Shown: one piece after another, positions 29,411 to 39,857 of the stretch
Numbering within the stretch: the first letter of the stretch is position 1
Layout: each line of letters opens with the position of its first letter
NCBI GenBank assembly: GCA_963769935.1
Contig: CAVYNY010000035.1
Coordinates: 64,001 to 128,000 of the forward strand
Length of the DNA stretch: 64,000 nt
Direction: 5' to 3'
DNA from: an uncultured delta proteobacterium
GTDB taxonomy: Bacteria; Desulfobacterota; Desulfobacteria; Desulfobacterales; JAFDCJ01
Translations under genes and position numbers: made by a program
Notes under the pieces: generated by a model
Told to the model about the DNA's origin: nothing
The model's database searches: none
What the model saw: only the letters and a program-made list of their open reading frames with translations

Positions 29411-30763
29411 ATGACCAACAAACGGACTTTCATTATTGTCGCGGTGTGTTTCTTTGTAGCGATCATGACAATTTCTTCCGCCGCCGCTTTCGACTGGCAA
29501 AAATACAACGGAACCAGCATAAAGCTTCTGTTGAACAAACATCCATACACCGACGCTTTGCTTGCGCATCTGGATGAATTCACCGCCAAAACCGGGATCA
29601 AGGTCACCTACGATGTCTTTCCGGAAGACGAATACTTTGACAAGGTGACCATTTCTCTATCCAGCAAGTCGCCCGAATACTCGATTTTCATGACCGGCGC
29701 CTATCAGGTCTGGCAGTACGCACCGCCGGGCTACATGGAAGACCTGCGGCCCTATATGCAAAGCATGGAAAAAACCAATCCGGACTGGGACCAGGCGGAT
29801 ATATACGAAAACCTCTTATCCTCGTTGGCTTGGAATCTCAAGCCGGGTGCCCCTCTGGGCACTCCTGACGCAAAGCAATGGGCGCTGCCCTGGGGATTCG
29901 AAACCAACACCTTGATTTACCGCAAGGACATTTTCGATAAACACGGTCTGAAGCCGCCCAAAGACCTCCCGGCCCTGCTCGAGGTTTGTGCGAAGCTCCA
30001 AAAACTTGAACCCGATATGTATCCGATTGCCGTGCGGGGGACCCGTTCATGGGCTACGATTCATCCCGGTTTTCTGTCCTGTTACAACGGGTATGGCGCC
30101 AAGGATTACAATCCATTCCCCAAACCGGCCATGAATTCTCCGCAGGCCGTTAAGATGACCAAGCTCTGGATGGAAATGGTCAAGAAATATGGTCCCAAGG
30201 CGTGGACGTCTTATATCTGGTACGAAGTCGGAAATGACCTGGGCCAAGGGCGCGCCGTCATGATCTATGATGCGGACATTCTCGGCTATTTTCAAGATCA
30301 ACCCGGGGCATCCAAGGCCTCCGGCAAGCTGGCCTGGGCGCCCGGCCCGGGTGCCCCCGGAGCCAAACCTGCTCCGAACATGTGGATTTGGTCCCTCGGA
30401 ATGAATGCCGCCTCGCAAACAAAGGACGCGGCGTGGTATTTTCTGCAATGGGCAACCGGCAAAGACTTCTTGTTGAAGGCGGTCAGGGGCAAATTTTCAC
30501 TGGTGGATCCGATCCGCAAGTCAGTCTGGGCCGATGCCGAGTTCCAGAAAAAGCTTGAAGATTTTACGGATTACTATAAAACTTTCCAGGAGATCATTCC
30601 AACCTGCAAGGTTTACTTTACACCCCAGCCGTTATTCTTTGAGACGACGACGGAATGGGCGGCAACCCTGCAGGAAATCTACAACGGCAAAGATACGAAA
30701 AAAGCTTTGGATGAACTTGTTAACAAGCTGACCAGAACTCTCAAGCGGGCCGGCTATCGTTAA
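29411..30763 (+). CDS. Carbohydrate (CUT1) ABC transporter substrate-binding protein, polyol-type
   Basis: Signal peptide ending AAA-FDW, F...TGIKV, ALPWGFE, YRKDIFDK and AWYFLQWAT. Confidence 0.92.
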   Translation: MTNKRTFIIVAVCFFVAIMTISSAAAFDWQKYNGTSIKLLLNKHPYTDALLAHLDEFTAKTGIKVTYDVFPEDEYFDKVTISLSSKSPEYSIFMTGAYQVWQYAPPGYMEDLRPYMQSMEKTNPDWDQADIYENLLSSLAWNLKPGAPLGTPDAKQWALPWGFETNTLIYRKDIFDKHGLKPPKDLPALLEVCAKLQKLEPDMYPIAVRGTRSWATIHPGFLSCYNGYGAKDYNPFPKPAMNSPQAVKMTKLWMEMVKKYGPKAWTSYIWYEVGNDLGQGRAVMIYDADILGYFQDQPGASKASGKLAWAPGPGAPGAKPAPNMWIWSLGMNAASQTKDAAWYFLQWATGKDFLLKAVRGKFSLVDPIRKSVWADAEFQKKLEDFTDYYKTFQEIIPTCKVYFTPQPLFFETTTEWAATLQEIYNGKDTKKALDELVNKLTRTLKRAGYR

Positions 30764-30881
30764 CAGGCCTGGAGATTCCATGGCCAGGGGTTGTAAGCCG
30801 CGGCGTTTTGGGATGCCGCAGAACGCCGCGGCAACCGTTTTACAAGTGGACGAGACATCCAACCGAATATAAGGATCGCCT

Positions 30882-31841
30882 ATGGAGGCCATCGACAGAA
30901 GTCGCCAACCGCTTACGAGCGATGCGCCGGAAACGAAAAAGACGACGCAAGCGTCTGTCTCGAAAGGTGTCGCCAGCCGCAACAAGTATCTGCCCTATCT
31001 GATCATCATTCCGGCACTGGCCCTGACGCTGCCGGTTCTGGTCCCATTTTTTCAAAGCATCTACTATTCCATGACGACGTACTCCCTGACGAATCCAGTC
31101 AAGAATTTTGTCTGGTTTGAGAACTACGTCTGGCTTTTCACCGATCCTGATTTTTGGAATTCCGTCAGGGTAACCTTCGTATACGCCTTTACGACAGTCG
31201 GCATCGAACTGATTTTGGGGCTGATCATCGCACTGCTGCTCAATGAGGAAACGTTTTTGGCCAAGATTTTTCGGCCCCTGCTGCTGATGCCGTTGATGAT
31301 TGCTCCGATTATCGGTACGCTGATCTGGAAATTGATGATGAGCCCGGAATTCGGCGTTCTCAACTACTTTCTGTCATTCTTCGGCGCTCGTAATTTTCAG
31401 TGGGCCTCCGCCGAGAATACCGCCATGCTTTCCGTCGTATTAATCGATGTGTGGATGTTCACGCCGTTCATTGCACTGCTCCTTTTGGCCGGGCTGCGCT
31501 CCATGCCGCAGCCGCCGTTCGAGGCCGCCATGGTCGACGGTGCGTCGAGGTGGTTTATCTTCAGATACTTGACGATTCCCATGCTCATGCCGTTTATCAT
31601 CGTGGCCGTCGTCTTCCGGCTCATTGATTCATTGCGGCAATTCGACATCATCTTCGGCCTCACCAAAGGCGGGCCGGGGTCGACCCTCATGAACTTCCAG
31701 GTATCCGCGTATACAACGGCGTTCACCTACACGCAGATAGCCGACGGATCGGCTTTGATGATGATCAACTGGGTCATCATTTATGTCTTCAGCATGTTTC
31801 TTGTAAAATTCTGGCGCAAGAGCCAGGATCGTTTGTCCTGA
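30882..31841 (+). CDS. CUT1 ABC transporter permease
   Basis: DVWMFTPF, EAAMVDGA (EAA loop) and TKGGPG. Confidence 0.93.
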   Translation: MEAIDRSRQPLTSDAPETKKTTQASVSKGVASRNKYLPYLIIIPALALTLPVLVPFFQSIYYSMTTYSLTNPVKNFVWFENYVWLFTDPDFWNSVRVTFVYAFTTVGIELILGLIIALLLNEETFLAKIFRPLLLMPLMIAPIIGTLIWKLMMSPEFGVLNYFLSFFGARNFQWASAENTAMLSVVLIDVWMFTPFIALLLLAGLRSMPQPPFEAAMVDGASRWFIFRYLTIPMLMPFIIVAVVFRLIDSLRQFDIIFGLTKGGPGSTLMNFQVSAYTTAFTYTQIADGSALMMINWVIIYVFSMFLVKFWRKSQDRLS

Positions 31842-31858
31842 TGGAGGATTGCCAAGTG

Positions 31859-32734
31859 ATGCAAGCAAAGCCCAAATCTCGGCTCAAGACCGTTTTGCAC
31901 AAGACCATGGTGAATGTGCTGCTGCTGATATGTTTTGCCTTCCTGCTTTTTCCGGTCTTTTGGGTAACAACGATGGCTTTCAAGAGCCATGACGATATAT
32001 TGACCTGGCCGCCGAAATTTGTTTTCAAGCCTACCCTGCAGAACTTTGAAAACATTACCACGGCCGTACGAACCTATAGCCTCGGCGCCGTCAGCAGCGA
32101 TTTTTTGAAAGGATTCGGAAACAGCCTGCTGGTAACCACCCTCGCATTGGTGGTTTCGCTGGTGACCGGGATACCGGCGGCATATGCCTTGGGCAGGTTT
32201 CGCTTCAAGGGCCGGGACGACATTGCCTTTACGTTTCTCTCGTTTCGCTTTGCGCCGGAACTGCTGGTCATCATTCCGATCTATCTGATTTTCCAACGTA
32301 TGGGGCTTTACGATACTTACACCGGACTCGTATGGGTCTACCAATTGATCACCATGCCGATGGTGATTTGGATCTTGATGAGCTACTTCGAAGATGTCTC
32401 CGTTGAGCTGGAACAGGCCAGTTTGGTGGACGGCTTCTCGCTTTTTCATACGTTTCGACGGATCATATTGCCTCTGGCCAAACCGGGGATAGCAGCGGCC
32501 TCCCTGTTGGCGTTCATTTATGCCTGGAACAATTTTATCTTCGCGCTGATCCTGGGCTCCTCCAAGGTTCAGCCGGTGACGGTTTCGGCTTTAAAGTTCA
32601 TAACCGCCGAAAAACTCAGATACGGTGACATTGCCGCCGCCTGTGTGCTGGCGGCGATTCCGATTCTGGTTCTGTCGCTCTATGCCCAGCGTTACATGGT
32701 GCGCGGCCTGAGTTTGGGAGCCGTCAAGAAATAA
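31859..32734 (+). CDS. CUT1 ABC transporter permease
   Basis: PTLQNF, AYALGR, LEQASLVDG and FIYAWNNF. Start after GGAGG (GTG 31856 or ATG 31859). Confidence 0.93.
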   Translation: MQAKPKSRLKTVLHKTMVNVLLLICFAFLLFPVFWVTTMAFKSHDDILTWPPKFVFKPTLQNFENITTAVRTYSLGAVSSDFLKGFGNSLLVTTLALVVSLVTGIPAAYALGRFRFKGRDDIAFTFLSFRFAPELLVIIPIYLIFQRMGLYDTYTGLVWVYQLITMPMVIWILMSYFEDVSVELEQASLVDGFSLFHTFRRIILPLAKPGIAAASLLAFIYAWNNFIFALILGSSKVQPVTVSALKFITAEKLRYGDIAAACVLAAIPILVLSLYAQRYMVRGLSLGAVKK

Positions 32735-32764
32735 TTATATTTACATGCAAGATCGGGGTTGCCC

Positions 32765-33880
32765 ATGACCGTAGTCGCTGTTCGCAATATCGTTAAAAGT
32801 TACAATGGTGCGCCTGCGCTGGATGGTCTCAGCTTCGAGACCCGGGACTCGGAATTTTTCGTTCTGTTGGGGCCTTCCGGGGCAGGCAAGACCACAACCT
32901 TGAAAGTAATTGCCGGACTTGAAGATCCGAATTCCGGCGAAGTCCTCTTTGACGGCCAGGTCATGAACGCAGTCTCCACCAACCTGCGTCCGGTCGGCAT
33001 GACCTTTGAGAGCTATGCCCTTTACCCGCACTTCACGGTTTTTGAGAACCTGGCCAACCCCCTGCGCGCTCCCGGCCGGAAGTTGCCGGAGTCTGAAATC
33101 CGCCGCCGCGTCGACAAAGTTGCCGGGATGCTGCGCATCGATCACCTCTACGACCGTCGGCCGGGCGAACTGTCCGGCGGACAAAAACAGCGTGTTTCCC
33201 TCGGTCGGACCATGATCCGCGAACCCTCCGTTTATCTGCTGGACGAGCCGTTGTCCCACGTGGATGCCAAGATCCGATTCGAGCTGCGGATTCAGTTTCA
33301 CCGGCTGGAATCGCTGCAGAAATGCACCTCGATTTATGTTACCCACGATTATGTGGAGGCGTTGTCGCTGGGAGACCGCATCGCCATCATTGACTCCGGA
33401 AAAATTATCCAGGTGGGCACTCCCAAACAAATTTACCATCAGCCTAAGGATATCTTAGTTGCCCGGATGGTGGGCCAGCCGCATATCAACCTGCTGGACG
33501 CCGCCTTGGAAGTCAACGGCAGCGACGCTTCCCTGAGGGTACCCAGGGGCGGCTTCAGCATCCCGATTTCGCCCAAATTACTGCATTCATTGCAGCAGGT
33601 CGACGCGCCGCGAGAATTAACCGTCGGAATTCGCCCAATGGACATCAGCATCAATCCCCAAGTCGACAAGGCAACGGCCCGGGCGCACAGCGACGTTTTC
33701 GAACCCTTCGGATCACTGGGGCTTCTTTCCGTTAAAACACAGGATATCTTGCTGGCGCTTCTGCTGGATTCTGATTTGACCTTTGAACCCGGCTGTCCGC
33801 TGGGTCTCGATTTCAGAGAAGACCGGCTGATCTTCTTTGACCCTGCTTCCCAAATCAACTTGTTATCGAACGAGGATTGA
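32765..33880 (+). CDS. CUT1 ABC transporter ATP-binding protein
   Basis: GPSGAGKTT, LSGGQKQR, LLDEP and VTHD. Confidence 0.95.
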   Translation: MTVVAVRNIVKSYNGAPALDGLSFETRDSEFFVLLGPSGAGKTTTLKVIAGLEDPNSGEVLFDGQVMNAVSTNLRPVGMTFESYALYPHFTVFENLANPLRAPGRKLPESEIRRRVDKVAGMLRIDHLYDRRPGELSGGQKQRVSLGRTMIREPSVYLLDEPLSHVDAKIRFELRIQFHRLESLQKCTSIYVTHDYVEALSLGDRIAIIDSGKIIQVGTPKQIYHQPKDILVARMVGQPHINLLDAALEVNGSDASLRVPRGGFSIPISPKLLHSLQQVDAPRELTVGIRPMDISINPQVDKATARAHSDVFEPFGSLGLLSVKTQDILLALLLDSDLTFEPGCPLGLDFREDRLIFFDPASQINLLSNED

Positions 33881-33881
33881 G

Positions 33882-35012
33882 ATGGCCCAAGTCGTTTTAC
33901 GCAATGTCAAAAAAATTTATGGATCGCGCAGCAGAAAAAAAGAAGACGTTCTGGCCGTCAATAACCTGAACCTCATCATCGAAGACGGTGAATTTCTGGC
34001 GCTGCTCGGGCCTTCCGGCTGCGGCAAAACCACGACCCTGCGTATGATCGTCGGGTTGGAAAGTATTACCGCCGGAGAAATTCTGATCGATGGACAGGTC
34101 ATCAACGACTGGACGCCGGCGGAAAGAAACGTCGCCATGGCCTTTGAAACTTACGCTCTTTACTCGCATCTGAGTGTCGGCGAGAATTTGGGGCTGTGCC
34201 TCAAAGCCAAAGGCGTCCCCAAGCATGAAATCGAGCAGCAGGTGGATCGGATCGCTGCGGTTCTTCAAATTACAGACATCTTGGATGCCAAGTCATCCAG
34301 TTTATCCGGGGGTCAACAGCAGCGGGTGTCCCTGGGGCGGGCCCTGATCCGCGAGCCCAGCGTCACCCTTCTGGACGAGCCTCTTTCGCATCTGGACGCT
34401 GCCCTGAGAACGGAGACCCGCCTTGAGATCAAGCGCATCCATCAGCAGTTGAAAAGAACCTTTATTTTCGTCACCCACGACCAGATGGAGGCGCTGGCCC
34501 TTTCCGACCGGGTAGCGGTGATGAACTTTGCCGAAATGCAGCAAGTCGGAACGCGCCGGGAGCTGTATGAAACACCGGCCAATCTGTTTGTCGCCGGTTT
34601 TGTCGGTGAACCCCCGATCAATGTTTACCCCAACAGCACCATCAAAGACATCAATGGAGATCGATATGCGGTCACGGAGAAGGGCGAGTTTCATTTCAAG
34701 ATCTCCCCGGAAATGAAAGCGGTGTTTGAGACGCGGCCTCGAAAAAATGTGATCGTCGGCGTTCGTCCGCAGTACTTGAGCATTTTCCCCGACCAGGAAA
34801 AAGAAACCCTTTCAACCAAGGTCTCGGTTTTTGAATTTTTGGGGGAAATTGGAAATTTGACCGTGAGCAGCAACGGTCTGGACTTAAGCGTGCTTGCGCC
34901 CCCCGATTTTGACGCCCGGGAAGGAGAGACGATTCAAGCCTATTATGATCCAAGAAGGATATTGCTGTTCGACTCGGAAACTGAAAAGAATCTTTTCTTC
35001 GAAATCCCCTGA
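33882..35012 (+). CDS. CUT1 ABC transporter ATP-binding protein (second)
   Basis: GPSGCGKTT, LSGGQQQR, LLDEP and VTHDQ. Confidence 0.95.
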   Translation: MAQVVLRNVKKIYGSRSRKKEDVLAVNNLNLIIEDGEFLALLGPSGCGKTTTLRMIVGLESITAGEILIDGQVINDWTPAERNVAMAFETYALYSHLSVGENLGLCLKAKGVPKHEIEQQVDRIAAVLQITDILDAKSSSLSGGQQQRVSLGRALIREPSVTLLDEPLSHLDAALRTETRLEIKRIHQQLKRTFIFVTHDQMEALALSDRVAVMNFAEMQQVGTRRELYETPANLFVAGFVGEPPINVYPNSTIKDINGDRYAVTEKGEFHFKISPEMKAVFETRPRKNVIVGVRPQYLSIFPDQEKETLSTKVSVFEFLGEIGNLTVSSNGLDLSVLAPPDFDAREGETIQAYYDPRRILLFDSETEKNLFFEIP

Positions 35013-35045
35013 CCTTGATAAATCGAAATTTTAAAGGATAAATTA

Positions 35046-35126
35046 ATCACGAAAGCACGAAAGGAGGAAGGCACGAAAATAAGAGAAGATAAATTCCGTG
35101 CCTTCAAGCTTTCGTGTTTTCGTGAT
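35046..35126. repeat. Repeat family F: inverted repeat of CACGAAA units
   Basis: ATCACGAAAGCACGAAAG ... CTTTCGTGTTTTCGTGAT. Related sequence at 38202-38302 and partial copies near 14879 and 25175. Confidence 0.7.
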
Positions 35127-35214
35127 AAAAAAATCTTTTCATAAAAAATACAAAGAATTCAAAGTTAAGACCGTATAAAGATGCACTTACCCAATTGGTA
35201 AAGGAGGGCTTTCC

Positions 35215-36276
35215 ATGCTGACCAAAGGTGTCGTGATTTACGGACAAGAAGATTTTCGCTATGAAGATGTTGAAATACCCGATCCCGGCGAAGGCGAAGT
35301 TCTGGTGGAGATCGAAAGCTGCGGAATTTGCGCTGCAGATCCCAAAATTTATTACGGTACCGCTTACTTTGCCCATGCAGCTTACCGCCATGCGCCCATC
35401 GTGGCGGGACACGAATTTATGGGACGAGTGGTCAAGCTCGGCCCGGGTGCGGCCGAAAAATTCGGCCTCAAGGAAGGGGATCGGGCTATCGCCGAGAACA
35501 TTGTTCCCTGCGGAGACTGCTATTGGTGTAAACGGGGACAGTACAACCTCTGTGACCCCCATGCCGTCTTCGGTATCGTGCGATACAACGGCGGCTGGGC
35601 CAAGCACATGCTCTATCCAAAAGGCAGCCTCGTTCACAAGGTCCCCGAGAATGTTCCCTGGGCAGACGCGGCGGTCATCGAGCCCTGTGCCTGTGCCTTG
35701 CACGGGGTCAATCGGGCCAAAATTGAATTCGGTGACACGGTGGTTGTGTTGGGCTGCGGCCCCATCGGGATGTTCATGCTCCAGGGCGCCAGGTTAAAGA
35801 ATCCGCGACAGGTGATTGCTGTTGATCTGGATGATCACCGCCTGGAGGTCGCCAAAGATCTCGGAGCGGATTTGGTCATCAACCCGGCTAAAGAAGATGC
35901 CGTCGAAAAAGTTAAATCCGTCACCGAGGACGGAATCGGCTGTGATGTGGTCCTGGAAGCCGCCGGGTCGAACAAGAGTGTCAAAGCGGCCGTGGATATG
36001 CTTCGCCGCGGAGGCCGTCTGATGGAATTTTCAGTTTTTGCCGAAGAAGTATCCTTTGACTGGTCCATTATCTCGGATATCAAAGAACTGGAAATTTACG
36101 GCGGCCATCTCGGTTTTCACACGTACAAGCCGACCATCGATTTCATGAACCGAGGGTTGATTACCTCGCGCGGCATCGCATCGGATCCATATCCCCTGCA
36201 GGATTTCAAAAAAGCCATTGATATTTCTAAAGGTCGCAAGCATGGGTCGATCAAGGTGCTCATGAAACCGTCCTGA
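35215..36276 (+). CDS. Zn-dependent MDR alcohol dehydrogenase, erythritol/L-threitol dehydrogenase-like
   Basis: CGIC, GHE, C-x2-C-x2-C-x7-C and GCGPIG. The C-terminal FSVF..DWSIISDIKELEIYGGHLG resembles the EltD subfamily. Confidence 0.85.
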   Translation: MLTKGVVIYGQEDFRYEDVEIPDPGEGEVLVEIESCGICAADPKIYYGTAYFAHAAYRHAPIVAGHEFMGRVVKLGPGAAEKFGLKEGDRAIAENIVPCGDCYWCKRGQYNLCDPHAVFGIVRYNGGWAKHMLYPKGSLVHKVPENVPWADAAVIEPCACALHGVNRAKIEFGDTVVVLGCGPIGMFMLQGARLKNPRQVIAVDLDDHRLEVAKDLGADLVINPAKEDAVEKVKSVTEDGIGCDVVLEAAGSNKSVKAAVDMLRRGGRLMEFSVFAEEVSFDWSIISDIKELEIYGGHLGFHTYKPTIDFMNRGLITSRGIASDPYPLQDFKKAIDISKGRKHGSIKVLMKPS

Positions 36277-36326
36277 CGCATGTCTCACAGCGAAGCATGG
36301 CCCGGTAAAGAATTTCCGGGCCCTTA

Positions 36327-36399
36327 TATGAAACTACATTAAGTTTCTTCTACGATCAGACTGGACGCTGGCGGCCGGAGGCGGTGCTCGTATGAAACT
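36327..36399. repeat. Short element bounded by TATGAAACT direct repeats
   Basis: TATGAAACT at 36327-36335 and 36391-36399 flank a GC-rich core (GATCAGACTGGACGCTGGCGGCCGGAGGCGG). Confidence 0.55.
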
Positions 36400-36774
36400 T
36401 CACGTGGATCAAACAGCGAACCGCAGAATCTCAAACCCCCCCCAGCCTTCTTTAGGATGGGGGGAGTCCCAGGTGGTTTCGCGTCGCTCAGCCATTTTTA
36501 CAAAAATTGATAGAATACCTTCCTGGCGCGCATCCGGCGCGCAATACCAGCGTCTGCTTCTTAGCATACCCACCAGGGCTTCTGAACATTCATGGTTAAT
36601 CGTAAGAATCTATGATAATATACGTGGCGTCATACCATAATACGTATTGAACCTTTGGGTCGTTGTCTTTAAGACAATCTTATAAGGAAAGTTGCGCAGA
36701 ACGCTGTGTATGCATGGACAAGGGATTTACATTTGACATTTAAAGATCATGGGAAGTCTGTCAAGGAGAACCGC

Positions 36775-37020
36775 ATGCCCGGAGTGACCATATTTTCGCA
36801 ATCGTGCAAAGGCGTTGACGACTGCGGCATCTGTGTCTTTGTCTGCCCGGAGCACCTGTTGAAGGCCTGCCGGCAGATGAATGCTGCCGGCTGCTGCCCG
36901 CCGGAGATCTCCGATCCGGCGGCGTGCACCGGCTGCCGGAACTGTATGATCTACTGTCCGGACTTTGCCATTGCGGTTGAAAAATACGACCAGGATGATC
37001 CCTCATCTGGTGATGAATGA
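36775..37020 (+). CDS. 2x[4Fe-4S] ferredoxin (delta subunit of 2-oxoacid:ferredoxin oxidoreductase)
   Basis: CKGVDDCGICVFVCP and CTGCRNCMIYCPDFAI. ATG follows AAGGAG. Confidence 0.9.
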   Translation: MPGVTIFSQSCKGVDDCGICVFVCPEHLLKACRQMNAAGCCPPEISDPAACTGCRNCMIYCPDFAIAVEKYDQDDPSSGDE

Positions 37021-37028
37021 GGACAAGC

Positions 37029-38189
37029 ATGCAAGGAAGCAGGAAAGCATTAACCGGAACCCACTTTGAAATGGGAAACTGGGCCTGCACCGAAGGGGCC
37101 ATTGCGGCGGGGTGCAATTTTGCAGCCGGCTACCCCATCACCCCCGCCAGTGAAGTCGCCAATTTTCTCGCGGCCAGGCTGCCGGCGGTGGGGGGCATTT
37201 TTTTGCAGACCGAAGATGAAATCAGTGCCATTTGTGCGGCCATCGGTGCTTCCTGGGCCGGCTGCAAAGCCATGACCGCTACTTCCGGCCCGGGCATCAG
37301 CCTGATGCAGGAAAGCATCGGATTTGCAGCGGCCACGGAAACGCCTCTGGTGATTGTCGATGTCCAGCGCTTCGGGCCGTCGACCGGCGTGCCGTCGGTG
37401 GGGCTGGGCGGTGATATCGTACAGGTGGCCCGGGGATCCCACGGAGACTACCAGATCATTGCTTTGTGCCCGGAAAACCCCCAGGAAATGTTTGACATGA
37501 CCATACGGGCTTTTAATCTGGCCGAGACCTACCGCGTCCCGGTGTTTGTTATGGCCGATGGCTTTATCGGCCACATGCGGGAGCAGATCGTGGTCCCCGG
37601 GGAAGATCGGATCGAAATCAAGAACCGCAAAATTGCCCGGCCGGCCGCCACCGTTTTGGAACGGCAGGATTTTCAGGATGTCAATGTTGCCCCTATGCCG
37701 GTCTTCGGGCGGGGGCTCAAAGCCCACGTAACCAGCTCCTGCCACGACGAGCACGGCATGCGCAATTTGTCCGATCCTGAGGTCATGCACCGTTATGTCA
37801 TGCGCCCGATTGAGAAAATACTCAAACACCGGGCTGAGATAGTCCGGGTTGAAGAAGATTGCGAAGGGGCAGATATGGTCCTGGTCAGCTGCGGCACGGT
37901 GTCCCGTTGTGCCAGGGCCGCCGCGCAATTGGCCCAAAACGAGGGATTAAAGGTAGGCACCCTGCGCTTGCTGACGGCCTGGCCGTTTGCGGACCAGGAA
38001 GTCCGTGCCGCAGCGGAAAAGGTCGACCACATGCTGGTGCTCGAAAACAACACCGGCCAGCTCTATCCCTACATCAGAGCCGAGGCGGCGCATGCCTGCC
38101 GGGTTTCTTTTCTGGGACCGGAAATCCTGGGCCAGATCCACGATCCCAAGTATATCCTCCATCATATCAAGGAGATGGCGTCACATTAG
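37029..38189 (+). CDS. 2-oxoacid:ferredoxin oxidoreductase alpha subunit (KorA/OorA-like)
   Basis: GYPITPASE, EDEI, TATSGPG.SLMQE and QR.GPSTG. Confidence 0.93.
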   Translation: MQGSRKALTGTHFEMGNWACTEGAIAAGCNFAAGYPITPASEVANFLAARLPAVGGIFLQTEDEISAICAAIGASWAGCKAMTATSGPGISLMQESIGFAAATETPLVIVDVQRFGPSTGVPSVGLGGDIVQVARGSHGDYQIIALCPENPQEMFDMTIRAFNLAETYRVPVFVMADGFIGHMREQIVVPGEDRIEIKNRKIARPAATVLERQDFQDVNVAPMPVFGRGLKAHVTSSCHDEHGMRNLSDPEVMHRYVMRPIEKILKHRAEIVRVEEDCEGADMVLVSCGTVSRCARAAAQLAQNEGLKVGTLRLLTAWPFADQEVRAAAEKVDHMLVLENNTGQLYPYIRAEAAHACRVSFLGPEILGQIHDPKYILHHIKEMASH

Positions 38190-38201
38190 AAGTTCGAAAG
38201 A

Positions 38202-38302
38202 AGCCACGAATTATAAACAGCGTCAAAATTAATTTTTCACTCTAAGTTGCCCCGCGGTTGACCATTGCAATAATTCGTGGTCATTCGTGCTCATTCGTGG
38301 CT
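38202..38302. repeat. Inverted repeat (CCACGAAT/ATTCGTGG units) inside the oxidoreductase operon
   Basis: AGCCACGAATTA ... TAATTCGTGGTCATTCGTGCTCATTCGTGGCT. Confidence 0.6.
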
Positions 38303-38328
38303 AATAAAATCATGAGGGAGCTATTTCA

Positions 38329-39162
38329 ATGACGTTGACAGCTCATCCGTTAAAAGAAAAATACGCCCGCAGCCACATCAATCGCACCACCACCTGCCCC
38401 GGCTGCGGCATCGGCACGGTGTCCCAGGCGATTTTGCGGGCCGTCGATGAATTGGGATTGAGCATGGACGATTTTGTTTTCGTTTCCGGTATCGGTTGTT
38501 CAGCCTGGATCCCCAGCCCCTTTTACAATGCGGATACGCTCCACACGACCCATGGACGGCCGATTGCTTTTGCCACCGGCGTCAAACTGGGTCTGCCGGA
38601 CAAACAGGTGATGGTCGTCAGCGGCGACGGCGATCTGACCGCCATCGGCGGCAACCACCTGATCCATGCGGCGCGCCGCAATATTAATTTAACCGTCGTG
38701 CTGATCAACAACGGCATTTACGGTATGACCGGCGGCCAGACGGCCCCCACCACCCCGCGCGGAATCAAAACCATTACCAGTCCCTATGGCGTCATGGAAC
38801 ATGATTTTGACATTTCGCCGATGGTGGCAGCGGCCGGCGCCGCCTATGTCGCCCGCTGGACAACCTACCATCCCCGGCAGATGACCCGCTCCATAAAAAA
38901 AGGAATCCGGAAAAAAGGATTTGCCCTGATCGAAGCCGTCAGCCAGTGCCCGGTGCAGTACGGCCGCGCCAGCAAACTGGGCGGTGCCGTCGCGATGCTG
39001 ACATATTTTAGGGAAAACAGCATCCGGCTGGCCAAGGCCGGGGAAATGGACCCAGCGCAGCTGGAGGGAAAAATCATCGTGGGCGAGTTCTGCGACCGCG
39101 ACAAGGCCGAGTTGAGCGAACAGTGGGTTCGACTGCGATGTGAGATGACGGAGGACACCTAA
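38329..39162 (+). CDS. 2-oxoacid:ferredoxin oxidoreductase beta (TPP-binding) subunit
   Basis: CPGCG, SGIGCS, HTTHGR, GDGD and NNGIYGMTGGQ. Confidence 0.94.
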   Translation: MTLTAHPLKEKYARSHINRTTTCPGCGIGTVSQAILRAVDELGLSMDDFVFVSGIGCSAWIPSPFYNADTLHTTHGRPIAFATGVKLGLPDKQVMVVSGDGDLTAIGGNHLIHAARRNINLTVVLINNGIYGMTGGQTAPTTPRGIKTITSPYGVMEHDFDISPMVAAAGAAYVARWTTYHPRQMTRSIKKGIRKKGFALIEAVSQCPVQYGRASKLGGAVAMLTYFRENSIRLAKAGEMDPAQLEGKIIVGEFCDRDKAELSEQWVRLRCEMTEDT

Positions 39163-39701
39163 TGGCGCAAACGGATTTAGCCATTGCCGGTGTGGGCGGG
39201 CAGGGATCGATTCTGGCCGGCGTTATCCTGGGAACCGCTGCTGTGACCTTCGACAAAAAGTTTGCCACCCAGACCCAGGCCTATTCATCGGAACTCAGGG
39301 GCGGTTTTGCGGCCACCTGGGTCATTATCTCCGATCAACCCGTCGAATTTCCCCGGGTGACCAACCCGGATATTCTCATTGCCCAGGCCCCGGATTCCAT
39401 TACCCGCTTCGGGCAAGTCCTCAAACCGGAGGGCATCCTGATTTACGACAGCGATATGGTGCATGAGACGCCTGCCAATATCAAGCGTCGGTACCAGGTT
39501 CCGGCCACCTCCATTGCCCGCAGCCGGCTGAATGCCGCCATGACGGCCAACATGGTCATGCTGGGCGCGCTTTGCAAAATTACCGGAGTCGTCAGCCGCA
39601 AAGCGCTGGAGCTGGCAATTGCCCGGTCGGTTCCCGCGGATAAGGAAGCGATTAACCTGGAAGCATTCCGCTTGGGGTTGGAAGAAGTGCAGGCTGTTTA
39701 A
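39162..39701 (+). CDS. 2-oxoacid:ferredoxin oxidoreductase gamma subunit
   Basis: AGVGGQG, Y..ELRGG and ANMVMLGAL. Confidence 0.93.
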   Translation: MAQTDLAIAGVGGQGSILAGVILGTAAVTFDKKFATQTQAYSSELRGGFAATWVIISDQPVEFPRVTNPDILIAQAPDSITRFGQVLKPEGILIYDSDMVHETPANIKRRYQVPATSIARSRLNAAMTANMVMLGALCKITGVVSRKALELAIARSVPADKEAINLEAFRLGLEEVQAV

Positions 39702-39857
39702 GGAACTCGGAATGAGGAACGTGGGATGTGGCATGCGGGTTGGAAGGAGAAGCGTTCAAAGGGCAAAGAAGATAGGGCACGGCGCAAAGCGTAAAACATT
39801 AACTTCTATATTTGCATAAAATGTTGCATCGGACTTAGGCTTTTACGGCGAAAACGA

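Noticed and set aside
10794..39701. acnA, 2-oxoacid oxidoreductase and SucCD-like genes as one TCA-cycle supercluster
   Set aside because: They are separated by unrelated operons, lie on different strands, and the SucCD-like pair is non-canonical.
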